Assembly: GCF_018977255.1 (NCBI RefSeq)
Contig: NW_024704742.1
Coordinates: 55,120,001 to 55,184,000, forward strand
DNA length: 64,000 bases
DNA from: Callorhinchus milii
Taxonomy: Eukaryota
Direction of reading: 5' to 3'
The translations under genes and the position numbers were made by a program. The notes beneath the pieces are model-generated. The model did not search any database. It saw only the letters and a list, made by a program, of their open reading frames with translations, and was not told where the DNA came from. Shown here in pieces: positions 1 through 13,866 of this stretch; position 1 is the first letter of the stretch; every line of letters begins with the position of its first letter.

Positions 1-1392
1 CCTCTATTGTTCTACATCCTACAGAAACATGTAGCAACCAGTGAAACAGGTCAAATGATAAGTTGTGTAATATATTTAGTTCTAGCTTATGTTGAACCAC
101 AAGAAACTATGGATGAAAAGCAAATGACCCTTCAAGTCTGTTACAGTAAATTTTGTAACCATCATTATTTCTTCCCAATCTTAAATCAAGTACTTTGCAC
201 TATAAAATGTTTAAAACTTACTTCCCGTTTCACAATTCGCCAAAGCAAGTACTGTATAACTGGGACACAAAAGGGTTTGAAATGCAAACAGTTTTGTTTT
301 TCAGGGTTAAGTCTATTTTCTTAAAAACATGGAACATATATAGAAAGGTTTAAAACATCAATGTAACAAGAATAGTTGTAAGGACTTTGCAATGGGTGTT
401 TTAAAGGCCATATATGAATAATTTAATGCAAACTGAAATAGTTCAACTAATTTCTGAACTTGGATTGTGATAAGATGACCAAAATACAATCTTGGTAACT
501 ACACCAATTATTGGAGTTGAGAATTAAAATCAAATGTATTGGGACTCCTGCAATTGGGTGTTTGTTTGTCTGGTATGGAATGTGCATATGGAATACATTC
601 ATGCCACAGAGGAACCTTCCTTAGCAAGTTTAGGCACAGGTTGCCAAGAGCCAAGATTTGGGGATTTTGCGTAAATTGTAGGTACTGCTGATTTTAATCA
701 GCTCGAACCATGCAGCTTATTATTGTCAACATTAGCAAGCTCCTACTTTTTCCGATGCTAGGACCACCCACCCAGCTAGCTTTGGTTTGCAGGATTTAAC
801 AAGCATTAAACCCAATACTCCATGAAGCACAATATGAATAGAAGTGTCAGACCAGTTTTGAGAAATAATTTAGATTCCTTGAATAGATTTTATTCTTTTC
901 AAAATATAGCTGAACTCTAAAATCAATACTTCCTTTTACAAACATCCAAACCTGTGTTAGAATCCAAAACTTCTGTTAGCTAAACCATCAGAAATAAACC
1001 CAATATAATTTCCATTCAGGGTGAATCATCCTTCACCAATTCCCTTCCTTAATGCAACATTTCTAAGGATCCTGCATTTCAAGAGTCATCATTTCTCCAA
1101 ATTACTTGATCATCTCTTGGGTATGTACTGTTCAGCCCTTAGTTCTACTCCTTGACTAATCTTCATCCATTTTTTAAAAAAAGTGGTGTAAAATCAATAG
1201 GCATGAACTGCAAATCTTTCATACATCTCTCTGGGGAAAACATAATGGACAAAAGATTCTAACTAATGATGTTTAGTGAAAAGACCAGATCACAAAAGAT
1301 CATCATGAATCAACGTAAAGTCTCTAAAGGTGAGTGCATTCCATGACAAAACCTTGCTGGCACTAGAGAAAAACTTAGCTATGCTACATCCT

Positions 1393-1825
1393 ACAACAAC
1401 AACAACAAAATTACATTTATAGAGCGTCTTTCATGTCGGGAGGACGTCGCAAAGCGCTAAACAGTCAGGTGTTGGGGACTGAGCATGGGGGAGGGGTGGT
1501 GTAGGGGTGAGGGAAGGCAGAAAGGTGGGAGGGAGACCAAAGGCACGATCGAAGAGAAGGGTCATGAGACTTGAAGGAGGCAAGGGAGGAAGCGAGGCGA
1601 AGGGACCGTGGGCTGGAGTTCCAGAGTGTGGGGGCAGAGAGGCTGAAAGCCCGGCCGCTGATGGTAGGGCGGGAGACATAGAGCAGACCGGAGCCCGCTG
1701 AACAGAGGGAGTGGGCAGGTTGGTAGAGAGTCAGCAAGTCAGAGAGGTTGGAGGGGGCAAGGCCATGGATGGCCTTGAAAGTGAGGACGAGGATCGTGGA
1801 GTCGGGTGAGGGTGGGAGTGATGGG
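1393..1825 (-). mobile_element. L2-clade LINE 3' end
   Basis: RAFSLSAPTLWNS...ASFK motif and (AAC)n tail on the + strand. Confidence 0.87.
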
Positions 1826-2057
1826 TGAGGGCGAGGGTGGGAGTGATCATATTGTTACAGTTGCAAGCATTAAAACTGACTTACTTTGGTACAGTACAGG
1901 CATGATGAAAACAATCAACATCTTCCACACTATTTATAAGTCAAGTCAAGCTGCTGAGATCAGCACTAGAAAAGCAAAGTTAAATCAACAAGCTTGCTGA
2001 TTTTATCATGAATTATCTTGGAAATTCTCAGAAGTGAGGTTATTTGTAAATTCTCAC

Positions 2058-2296
2058 CCGTGCTTGGAGATACTGGACAACTATTGCAACACCCTCAAAT
2101 CTTTGGTTGCTTGTTTTCAATAATTCCTTCAACTGTGCAATCCATTTAACCTGCTCATCACATTTGGTCTTGTAGTGCACCAAACCAGATGGTTTCTTCT
2201 CTGATACAAGTAAATCTGGTGGAGCCGGAGTCTGAGAACGAAATGTTCGGAAAACTGGCCTCTGTGTTGAGCTTGACCTCAGTCTACTTTTGTCAG
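2058..2296 (-). CDS. MTUS1: MTUS1 first common exon, start of the coiled-coil region, 239 nt, phase 1 to 0
   Basis: ADKSRLR...YKTKCDEQVKWIAQLKELLKTSNQRFEGVAIVVQYLQAR resembles human VEKSRQK...[39 protein letters not shown]. Acceptor tttttgttttgcAG|, donor CGG|GTGAGA. Confidence 0.93.
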
Positions 2297-3189
2297 CTGC
2301 AAAACAAAAATCAAAAGCATTACTACTTTTGTTAAAAGGCACTTCCCATTACATATTAGAGGTGTGATGAAATGCAGCTTATTCATCCTAAAATTGTAAA
2401 CTTGTTTTCAGGCAATCTCTGTGGAACCACAGTGGATTCACATCATTGGTTTCAAATAGCCTTTTGTTCAATCACCTGCAAGTTAGACCACTAGCTTCTT
2501 GGGAAAGAAACACTGATGACCTTCAATTCCAATGTCTTTAAACTGTGAAACTCCCTCCTTCTACGATTTTATCTCGCTCCATCTCCTGTCTAAGACCTGA
2601 TTTAAAACCCACCTCCACAAACATGCCTATGGCCACCTTTCCCTTCCTCAGAGTCCAATGCCATCCATGTAAAGCACCAAGATGTCACATTGTGAGAAGG
2701 TAACTATATTAATTCAAGTTGTTGTAGATTATGACAACAGAATTGCAATTGTTTTTTGACCATTTTCTAGGTTGGACATCTCAATTGAAAATAATTCATA
2801 TTCTTTATGGTGGACAATTTTCTGTTGGTTAAACAGAGCCAATTATCACCAGCAAAAAAATCCAAAGTTATATTACATACACTATACAATATGAAATAAT
2901 CCTTGCATTTCATATAGCACCTTATTGTATTGCCAAGATGTTTCAAAGCACATCGTAGCATTTTAGCATGAAGTGTAGTGACCATTCGAAGGGAAACACA
3001 GCAGCCAATTAAATCATAGCAATGTCCTACAATTTTATTGAGGGTGGGGGGGCTGTTGGCACTTTTTGAAAGTTGTTCTGGCATCTTTAGTAAAACTTGT
3101 GGAGTCCTTCTATACAACATGAGTGTCTGACACATGTGGAAACCCATTCCCATGCTGAAGGGCATACAGCAGAGTTTATTCAGAGTTTA

Positions 3190-3505
3190 TAATAATAATC
3201 CTTGCATTTGATATAGCGCTTTTTCACGTCAGGAGGACATCCCAAAACGCTTCACAGAATATACTGTAAAGTGAATTGACTCTATATTTGTGGACGAACG
3301 CAGCAGCCAATTGCACACAGCAATGTCCCACAAACAGTCGTAGATTGAAAATGACCAATTTATTATTGTTTTTGGTTTTGGAGGGATTATTATCAGGTTC
3401 TGTGTGGAGTAAGGAAACTTGCCAAAGGTTTCGCCCACTGCCTGGAATTGAACTCAGGTCTCTCGCTTGCAAAGCGAGTGCTCTAACCACTGAGCTACAG
3501 GACTC
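3190..3505 (-). mobile_element. Young SINE (short form)
   Basis: Reverse complement of the 39918 element along its whole length. Confidence 0.92.
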
Positions 3506-6500
3506 ATGCATTTCACCTACACATGGAATTCATGCATATTGGAACAGAATGTGCACTCTTTCCCCTGGAGGGTCACATCTTGTTTAACTGTGTTCGGTGC
3601 AGACTGGTAAGAGTCAAGGTTTGGGGACTCCAGAATGTATATTGGGAACTGCTGGAGTTTAACCAGCTAAAACTGCATGGCTGCCATTGAAAGCACTCTG
3701 GCAAACTTTCCTGCTGCTCATCTGACCAGGAGTACTCTACCCAATAGGGATTTTTCTTTCAGGGTTAACCGGAGCTGAGTGGGAAGAATGCCTGCCCAAT
3801 GACTGGTCTGCCCTTGAAATCCTATCAGTGAGCCTGGAGTACTGCAGAGCAGACAGGCTCAGGAACCAGACGACTCAACTACCAAGGTTACCAATGCAGA
3901 GGATTGATCGATTCTGACGTACCATTGCCAAGCCAGTTTAGCTGCAAGGAAATCGCACTTCTCTTTCTCTGCCCTCCCTCTGAAGGATAATAACGAGTTA
4001 ATCATTTAACATCTGACAAATGCAGGTTTGAGCCTTAACTGATGGGTGACGTAGTAGGGTGTGGGACGAAGAGGAAAGGGAACAACAAAACAGTTGAAAC
4101 TGTACAAGGACTGAGCACATCCCCACCTCCACCCCTTTTGGGCAAATCAGCATTCTATTATATTTGAAATGATCAGTGAATTAATCAATCATTCATCAGA
4201 CTGCACAATTACTGACGATGACATTGGAACAAAGGCTGCAGCATTCAATGTCACTTGAGGAACAATGGGGGACAATATATTGGTTGGTTTGATACCTAAT
4301 TGCATCAAATGCTAGGGGACATGCAGGAGGGTAACTTACCAATGCCACTCTCAATGATAAGATCCTTGAGGCCAGCAACAATAAACTAATTATCTTTGTC
4401 AGTAAGTGGTACACCAGGTTTTATACAGAATTTCATCGAATGACAGCATAGTAACAAGCCATTCAGCCCAACTAGTTTGCCTGTTTACTCAACATGGGTT
4501 TCCACCCCTCCTAATCCTCTTTCCTATTCCTTTATTCTCTTAATGTATGCAGCAAACTTCCTATTAAATGTTGATGCCTTTTATTTAAACAAAGACTTGG
4601 GAACCCCAAGAATGTGTATTGGGCTACTACGGGAGTTTAATCAACTAAAACCCTGCATAGATTGCCATTGCACTGTACAGGACACTTCCTGTACCTTGCT
4701 CAAACCTTTCTACACATTAGGACTTTCGCTTTTAGAGTTAGCAAGATCTGAGTTTAAAAAAAATCCCTCCGCCAATCTACCCCACCAAGACCTGCTGACA
4801 AGCAAGGCTGGTTGCACTGTCATCAGCAGGGCTCTGAGATACTGCAGACCCACCTGACCCATGAACTGGATGGCTGACACTGCATGTCCTTTGCAGCCAG
4901 CTCAGCTCCAAGGGGTCCCCACTTACCATCCCCTCCAACCCTCCACAAGGAGAATGGTCACTTTGGCCATTAGATTGAGATACATTTGGTAGTAGAGTGC
5001 CTTTGGCATGCTACAGCATCCCCATCAAAGTAACATCAAATCACATCATGATTAAATGGTTAAACAACACTGAAGTGTGGTGTGGATTTTAGAATTATGG
5101 GGGATGGATTTTATTAGCGATTGGCCAACAAATATAGCTTGAATGTGAATAGTTATCGGTATTAAATAAGGAACTGAAGGTCTCCTTTTGTCATATTAAG
5201 CCAGTTGCCACATTTACAGTATTAATTTAAACTCCTATTTGTGAACTGTACATTAAGACAAAGCAAGATGTTATTATAACAATCCTTGCATTTGTTATAG
5301 CACCTTATCACATCTTCAAGATATCTTTATTTTAAAAATGATCAGATCAAGTACAGTTATTCAGACATGATCTTTATTCTTTCATTTGTTCGATATAGAA
5401 ATCTGAAAATTGCACAACTTATCCAGCACATCACTTAATGATATGCATTATGACCTCTATAATCTTACACATGTTCTTTCATTCTTTGATCACCAGCACT
5501 TCTTTCTACTCCTTCCTTCCCCATGAAACGTCAACCACCAACTTCCTCCCCACTCCCTCCCATCCAAGTGTTACCATCAAGACAGTAATTAATTATGTTT
5601 ACTGATTGAAACTGACCATCTCAGTTTAATGAAGAGGGGTTTTCTGCTCATTCGGTTTTGAACCAGCCCAGAGGTTGGTTGCCAATTCTTGCTACTTGAG
5701 CACTATTTACACAATTCAATGTTTTTACATTGAATTTATGATGAAGTGTAGAGATAAATCAGGTTAAAACAGATTCAATTTTGAATCCCACCACAAAAAA
5801 ATCTCATAAATGGAATTGAATCAATGCTTCAGCTGCACTAAATCAGCTGTATTATTTAAAAAAAACTTGTTTAAACTCTTTTTGAACCATCCAACCAGAA
5901 GCATTTAATGCTATTAAATAAATGATTATGTGATTGGCTCTTCCAAAAAACTTAAGCAGTGTTCATGGAGTTTATTTGCAGGTGTTATGTGCCGACCCTT
6001 CTAGACCGCTTGCTAGAGGAATTTGTGAAATGGGAAAATAAATATAATTTCTGCTCTAAATCACGAATGAATGACATTACTCCAGGAATATAAACCCTGC
6101 AGTAAAGTGCCACTCATTCAAAATGTGTAACCATTACATAATAATTGAACTGATGCAGACCAAATTCAATGCGGAGGAAGTTTCAAATTACTAACCCAAT
6201 ATTACACACACACAACCTTCACATATTATCTTGTAAAATCTTGATTTTCCTTCCTGTGGAAAAAGAACAAAGTGTATTCTGGCCTGGGGCATGGGACTTG
6301 TAAACTCCACCAGTGAATTGAAAAAACTGAAATAAACAGTTCTGCATTGTGGACACCAGGAAATTTAACAAGACCTGCAACATTTCCTGGAACTGTGAAT
6401 AGAGCAAATTATTTTTAAACCCAATAAAGATTCATCATCCTCTCCTGAGGACAGCTCTACTTAAAAGGACAAGCCACAGCAATCATAATTTGTTATTGTC

Positions 6501-6549
6501 CTTTTAAAATGAGCTTAATACTTATTCTAAGTGCTTCTCATCTTAAGAC

Positions 6550-7290
6550 AGGAAGGTGGCATTAGACTTGAACCTCAAGAACATCAAGCTGTCCTGTGAA
6601 GGTCCTCCCATCATGCTGAAAGCAGATGTCCACCAGATAGTTGAAGAGTATACGGAGGCTTGGAGTGACAACTGTTGGAAGGCGATACTTGGAGTCCAAG
6701 CTCGTGAATACATGTTCACACATCCAACACCTGGAATTCACCTTAATTGGTTTGTAGAGAGGTAAGCAGCTGCTGCTTGAGCCTGCACCTCCAACTGGTG
6801 GAACCATCACTCACCAAAGGATGCGTGTCCGAACTGCAGACAGGAAGATAGTGACAATGCTCCCACACCTCACACTGAGCGGTGTTGCCCTCTAGGAAGC
6901 TTGGAGGGAGTTTCTGGTACCTACCATCCACCTAGTGAGGCTCAAGCCCACACTTGTCGGATGTCAAATGAGAAACGTGTGACTATCCTCCTGGGTGGGG
7001 GGGGAGGTAAACAGGATCTGAACTGGCTCCAAGGTATCATATTTGGCAGTGTCAGTAGTCCAGTTCCTGAGCCAGCCGGGTCCACGGTATTTCAGGGCAC
7101 TGCTGACAACAGCAGTCAGGCTGGTTCATTGGCAGGACTTGGAAGAGCAGACTAGTCCCTGGAGGTAGATGTGTCAGATACCCAGCTGACCCCACAAAAA
7201 TGATTCAGCCAATTCTCCCAGGTTACCATTCAAACTCAATCAACCGAATTTGGGAAGGCAATCACCCATTCATTTCCAATCCCTCTATCC
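6550..7290 (+). mobile_element. Possible decayed non-LTR retrotransposon 3' region with C-terminal zinc-knuckle-like remnant
   Basis: The + frame reads ...DACPNCRQED...H...CCP. The downstream 7030-7290 segment has dispersed relatives at 3620-3960, 4590-4930 and 54560-54860. Confidence 0.4.
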
Positions 7291-7989
7291 CATCAATCTT
7301 AAGATAGAATTTCACTTGATTTTTAGTTAGTCTGTACCACTTATATTGATTCACACAGACAAAACAGCATCTGCAGAAGGAAATTAGGTGCAATCACCTT
7401 CTCCCAATTTCTAACTCAATATATTTTTTAAATACAACAGTTCCAGGGTCACATGGACTCCTCCTCATACTATCGTATTGTATACTTGGAGGTACATGGA
7501 TCATTTCTCCCATGTTATGATTAGCTTCACTGATAATGTACCTTTGTGGTGCAACCTCACTTCCAAATGCAATTGAAAGCAAGCAGTATGAAAGCTTAAA
7601 ACATTACTTGTTACAGAATGCAACTGTCTAAACCCAAAGCATAAAGATTTAGCGGCCAGTTTGCTTCAGTACTATCAGCTGCTGCAATTATCTATTCCCG
7701 AAGCTTGGAGTAATTTGCACAGCATCAGCACGAAGTTGCTTGTCATATTCAAATTGGTCTCATCTTTTTCAGTCATTTTATGTTCTGTGAGCACAGAAGG
7801 TCAGAGAGGCCTCCCGTCACAGAGCAGGCCGCTATCTGAGCAGTCGAAACAAAAGGTTTTCTTTTCACTTCAAGATCTTAAGCCAAGGGCAACAGCTTCA
7901 AAGAGCTTCATGTTGCATATGTTATATGTATGTTAGGAAAGCAGGAGATCTCTTGTATTTATTCTGGTCTTGTGCAGATGACAATTAAG

Positions 7990-8220
7990 CTGTTGGGAAA
8001 ACCACTCATCAATATTGTCATGTAATCTTTAATGTGCACCTGAATAAGCAGAGGTGACCTAGATTTAACATCTCATCCAAAAATGGCACCCTGCTATTGC
8101 AGCACTCATTCAGCACTACACTGGAGTGTCAGCAAAGTCTGACCTCAAAGTTCTGACATGGAGCTTGAACCACTATCTCCTGACTCAGTGGAGAATGCTA
8201 AGAACTAAGCCAGGCTAACA
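7990..8220 (-). mobile_element. Older Deu-like SINE, 5' part
   Basis: Core similar to 23930-24130. Confidence 0.6.
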
Positions 8221-8345
8221 CAATTTAGTACATTGGGGGTCAACATAGTGAAAGCTATTTAAATTTCTCTATTACAAAAACTATTACATTGTAAAACTAT
8301 TACATTAATCAATGTTCAGTATCAGAGTGGATGGGTTACAAATGT

Positions 8346-8707
8346 GGAGTCCTGTAGCTCAATGGTTTGAGCACTTGTATCGCAAGCGAGAGATCTGAGT
8401 TTGATCCCCAACAGGGCAAAATGTTAGGCAAGTTTCCTTACTCCACACACCTCTGTTTACCTAGCAGTAAGTAGGAACCTTGTCACCTGACAGATTGCTT
8501 TTCCAGGAGTAATAATTCTTTCAAAAAAAATTGGTCACTCAATCCATGACTGTTTTGGGATACTGCTGTACCCAATTGGCTGCCACATTATGCCCACAAA
8601 ATATACAGTTAATGCACTTTACAGTGACATGTAAAGTGTGACATGTCTCGAAGATGTGATAAGGCACTATATCAAATGCAAGGATTATTATTAATTATTA
8701 TTATTAT
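8346..8707 (+). mobile_element. SINE, long form of the same family
   Basis: Same head and tail plus an internal segment ctctgtttacctagcagtaagtaggaacc. Confidence 0.88.
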
Positions 8708-10039
8708 AAATGTCAAACTGGTAACCAATAGATGGAAGCATGAATGTAAACATTTAGACCTTTCACCAAGTCATTTGACCACTGCTCTTCTGGTTGCAAC
8801 TAAAATCCTTTGATTTTATCGATGTGCACTCCTTATATACCATCTGGCTAAGAAGTGCTAACAATGAGAGGATAGTTTCATTAGTAGTGGATTTTGTATT
8901 GGTTTGTTTACTGATGAATGTGAGTCAGAGCATTTTGGCATCATACAAAAATATTCCTATCAATGTAACTTGCAAGCATGAAAGTTGACAAGGTAGTATA
9001 AAGTGGAATGTAATGTGTACATTATGGGTGGGTACATAGCAATGAAAGGTCAGCTGTTTAATAATTAAAGCCTGAGGTGTAAGTTAAGAGGAAATGTAGC
9101 ACTTTTTTGTATTGCTTGTATATGACTCCATATTAATTGTATAGAATTTGTATTATGAATTGACTGTCGTCACATAGGTTGGATTCCTGATACCTTAATG
9201 AAAGAGCTACCTTACAGCATACCTTACAAGTCATTTTCAGGTTTAAATCTGCAGCACTTACATCAAGTCTACATCAAATACAAGGATTTAAAAAATATAT
9301 AAAAGATTGTAGTAGATACAATCTAAATGCTAATTTTATATTCTATAGTATTTCTCTTCCACATTTCTGCCACTGAAAATGATTTCATTTCTATTTTATA
9401 TTAAAGTTTGTACCTTTCTATTCTTTTTTTGTATCCATTCCTAACTAAGTTTGATTCTCTCTTACGTTTCATCTTGTCCATTTGTGTGTGTGGGGGGCGG
9501 GGTCATTAAAAAGTGTTTGCAAAATAACATGTTATTGACCAAAAATATTCACAGGTGGGTGTTGCAGCCAAAAAGCTAAACTGAAGATGAACAATTCCTT
9601 TGCTGATAAAATTTTGGACCCAAGGCAGGAATCTTGGCTATGCAGTAAATGAATATTAACTGGCTACTGTACTCACGCAAAAGAGGTCTGCAGATCTTCC
9701 TGACTGCTAATTTAAGTGGTCTATAAGTAACAGTCCCACAAGACTGCTTGGCAAAGGAAGACATGGCTGAAAAATATTTTTCATCAATGTCTGAACAGTT
9801 AATTTTATTCAAGCACATCACAAATAAAAAATGTAAGTGACCGTCTGAACTATAAAATATACAATTGACTACCCTCTTCTCACGCAATGCAAAACTGGTT
9901 ATAAAATCTAATTTGAAGTAGCATTAACCTTGAGTTGTCTGGAGTTATGTTCTCTCATCCGGGCATAATGGTCAGGCAGCATCTGTGACAATGATGCCAT
10001 CAGGAGTCTGCTGCCAGAAAGGTCATAGTTGATCAAGCG

Positions 10040-10415
10040 CAATCATCAGATTTATAGGAGTACCTTTTTTAAACCCATTACAATTGAGAAGTTAAAAGGT
10101 GAACTTTGTATAGGTCTTTGAGATTTTAAAGCGTTATGAAGAGGAATATCTCCACAAATCGATGAATGAGTAAAAAAGGCACAACTTTAAGATAATCACC
10201 AAAGGAAATTAAATAATAGCTGGAAAACAAACCTGTACAAAGAAGGTGGTTAGAATTCTCAGCCACAAGCATTTAAAAAAGGGGAATCAAAAGATGCTTG
10301 AAAAAGGTAAATGTGTTCATGGGAAACGAGCACAAGAGTGGGTTTTGACCAACTGACTCACATGGAGATAAACCAGGGTAGACTGGATGGGCCAAATGTC
10401 CCTTTTCTGTTTTTT
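10040..10415 (+). mobile_element. Degraded CR1 LINE 3' end
   Basis: gagaagttaaaaggtgaactttgtataggtctttgagatt (decayed RRLRGDLIEVFKI region) and a gatgggccaaatg 3' motif. Confidence 0.55.
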
Positions 10416-12242
10416 AAACATTGCATAATAATAATAATCCTTGTATTTGATATAGTTAGTTATCACGTCTTCTAGATATCTCAAAGCGCTTCACAGAATA
10501 TACTGTAAAGTGAATTGACTATGTTTTTATGGGCGAACTTATGCAACTCATTGAAACAGAGTCTCAAAAAGGAGATCATGGAACTCTGTTATCATGTAGG
10601 GGTAGAATGTGCAAAAATATTAAGTGGTATAAGAAATGGAGAAAATGCAAGATTAAAATATTCTCAAAGGAAGCAAGCAAAACAAAAGTTTAAAAACAAA
10701 GTTATCATAATTTACAAGTACAGAATACAATTTTACCATTCCTATATTTGAGCAGTTTCATTGCTACAATTAATGGAAAAACAAAGCAATTAGCCCAGTG
10801 GAACCAGACAGTCTCTGGAACCACCACCGTTCTAAGGGTTAAAATCAAGTTTATTGTATTTATATGCCTTTAAGAAATTAGTTAGCTACATGGAACAATA
10901 ACTGGCGATTCTTTTAAAGTGGCAGTTTACCTCAGCTGTGCCCATACACAATTGCTTTTCGTCAACCAGATGTCTGACACATGGAGAAACTCATCACCAT
11001 GCTCAAAAGTATCCAAACTAAACAGAATTCCATCCATCCCACCTATACATGGGATAATTTTGTTGGAAGAGTACTGATATTTTTGGCCCCAGGGGTTAAG
11101 TGCAGAGAATATTATTTAGGCAATGGATTAACACATTTTGTTTCCTTGATTGCTTTTCTGAGTCTAAAATGAAGATCTGTCACAACAACTGTGAGAATGA
11201 AAAGGAAAGTGAAATTTGGAGGAAGTTGGAGGGAAGTTCTCTCCACATCACACAGCAGATTTATTTTGTTTATTTTCCTCATTCTCAACTTTCTTGTCTG
11301 ACACTATTTTGCTTGCTTAGCTTCTCATCCCTCCACCTTTCTGATTTTAAATTAATTTTTTTTTTAACGACTTATTCAGTAACCCTACACTTTGATGCAA
11401 GCAGCAGTGTGTTCAGCAACATTGGAAGCAAAGATGCTTGAGAAAAACATCAAATTATGCAGTATTTAAAATGAACTCGATATCCCAAACACCAACTTGC
11501 AGAGAAATCCATTTTACTGCTAGGATTCCTTCCAAACAGAGAAATCCCTATAGAATCATGCAAACTAAACAGGTACGTCATCACTTCCTTAGCAGCAGAA
11601 TAACAAGCTCTTCCCCAGATGTGCTATTTTTTAAAAAAAACAAGTTGCTCAAATTTTTGCATTTGAAAACTGCAACAAATGCCAAAATGTTATGCTGTAG
11701 TCGCAATCAAATATACAGATTACTGCTTTCAATGAGATTGGACACAAGAATTAATTAGTATTCAGGATGGTCCTTCAAGTTCCAAATGAGTGCACTGAAA
11801 TGCTCATTTGCAAAATTAGAAATTTAATCCCCTGTTTCAGTACACTCCTTCAGAACAAATCAGTCTCTGAAAGATTTCTCCCCTCTGACAGTTCCCACTC
11901 TTGGCTGCTGGAGAGAAATTGGAGAGCTCTTCTCACAGAGCATCAGGCTACAATGCAATGCTCGAATTAGCTTGTGAGCATTCCGCCGGTCTATCAGGTA
12001 ATCAGACCAAGTCAGGCCAAGGACAAACATTGCCAGGGACATATTACATGCATCAAAAAAATCAACTGGGTAGAAAAGTGGGCACAGAAAATCGATTTAG
12101 TATCCAGTGCGCTAGGAAATGTAGTATATTGATGTTGCACACTTCAGTTTTTAATATGCCGATGGAATAATCAAAGTACATCATTCAAATACCGTATGCA
12201 TTAAGCTTCAAAGATTATGCTCAAGTCTTCTTGAGCATAATC

Positions 12243-13130
12243 TGAATGTCTGTCAGACATCAAGTCCTGGATGAGAGCTAACTTTCTTCAGTTGAATGTC
12301 AACAAGACCAAAGCTCTCCTGATTGGCTCCCATCAGCACCTCCTCACCTCAGGCCCTGACAGCATCACCATCCATGGTTACACCATCCACTTCACTGAGC
12401 CAGTCCAGAACCTTGGGGTCTTGTTTGATTCTTAACTATCCTTTATACCCCACATCTGTGCCATAACCCGCTCTGCCTTCCCCACCTCTGCAACATTGCC
12501 CGGCTCCGCCAATGTCTCACACCGCAGGCTGCCAAAACCCTCATACACTCATTCATAATATCCAGGCTTAACTATGCAAACTCCTTGCTTGGCGGCCTCC
12601 CCAACTCCTCCCTCCATAGGCTGCAGATCATCCAGAACTCTGCAGCTTGTGTCCTCTCCTGCACCAGGCTCTGCGACCCTATCACCCCCATCCTTATCTA
12701 AATCCACTGGCTTCCCATCACACAGAGGATACAGTTCAAGATCCTTGTCCTCACCTTTAAAGCCCTCCATGGTCTTGCTCCCCCTACCTCTGTGACCTCC
12801 TAATGCTCTACCATCCTGCCCGCTCCCTCCGCTCAGCGGGCTCTGGCCTGCTTCACATCCCCCGCCTCGCCCGTCCCACATTGGCTGGCCTTCTGCCACT
12901 CTGCCCGGAACACCATCCCGCAGTCCCTCTACCTCCCTCCCTTGCCTCCTTCAAGACCCATCTCAAGACCCTCCTCTTCGACCCTGCTTTTGATCACCCT
13001 GCTTCACCCCTTGCCCTCCACTCTCCCCAATCCCAACCCCCAGCTCAAGTCTGAAACATTGATTGTCCAGCGCCTTGAGACATCTTTCCAACATGAAAAG
13101 CACTATACAAATGTAATTTTGTTGTTGTTG
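12243..13130 (+). mobile_element. L2-clade LINE 3' fragment
   Basis: Nucleotide similarity to the 59860-60740 element (reverse complement); SLASFKTHLKTLLF motif; tail aatgtaattttgttgttgttg. Confidence 0.9.
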
Positions 13131-13738
13131 TGCACATCCCCCTTCACAATTTACCGCCGTGCTTTCAGCCACTTTGCCACAAATCTCTTGAACTCCTTGC
13201 TGCAATCCCTCCTTGCTCGCCCTGTCAGATTTCATATGACTCCTGAAGACTTTCCTTTTGGATCGTGTCTTCGATCACCTCCCCTCTCTATTCAGCTTAG
13301 CTTCAAACCACAACACTGTTCAGAACTACCCGTTTGAAGGGTACTATATGAATGCAAGTTTTTTTCCGCCAATGTAAAATCATTAAAGTTACAAGTTTAA
13401 AATATACATGTTGAAATCAGTTATATCCATTTTCTGCTTTGACACACAACACATACACCTCCTCTCTTGTGCATTATGAAGCAACTAATTGGTTTGTCCT
13501 ACAATTTCTGAAACCCTCACACACAAAAATTTCAATTCCCTAGCCAACTTACTTTATTTCTAAATAATGTGAGAAAGAGGACCCAAAAATGTATAATAGA
13601 AATCAGATTTTGCCTCAATTCATTGCCTCACATTTTTGGAAATTGTGGATGCGGTGGGTGTGAAATTTCCACAAAGTCTTATTCAATGACCCAGTAATAA
13701 GATAGTAATTGAGAAACCTGGTTAATGAGGCCAATTGA

Positions 13739-13866
13739 TAATAACAATAATCCTTGCATTGATATAGCACTTTATCATGTCTTCAAGACGTCTCAAAGAA
13801 GTTCACAGAATACACTGTAATTGACTATCGCGAGGCGAGTGCTCTAACCACTAAGCTACAGGAACC
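13739..13866 (-). mobile_element. Internally deleted SINE (head fused to tail)
   Basis: The tail (tccttgcattgatatagc...ttcacagaatacactgtaa) directly abuts the head (gcgagtgctctaaccactaagctacagga). Confidence 0.75.

Noticed and set aside
7600..7900. Possible additional first exon (ATG ACT GAA AAA..., donor near 7607)
   Set aside because: The ATG-initiated frames stop before the donor. It may be a non-coding element, but I cannot support that from sequence alone.
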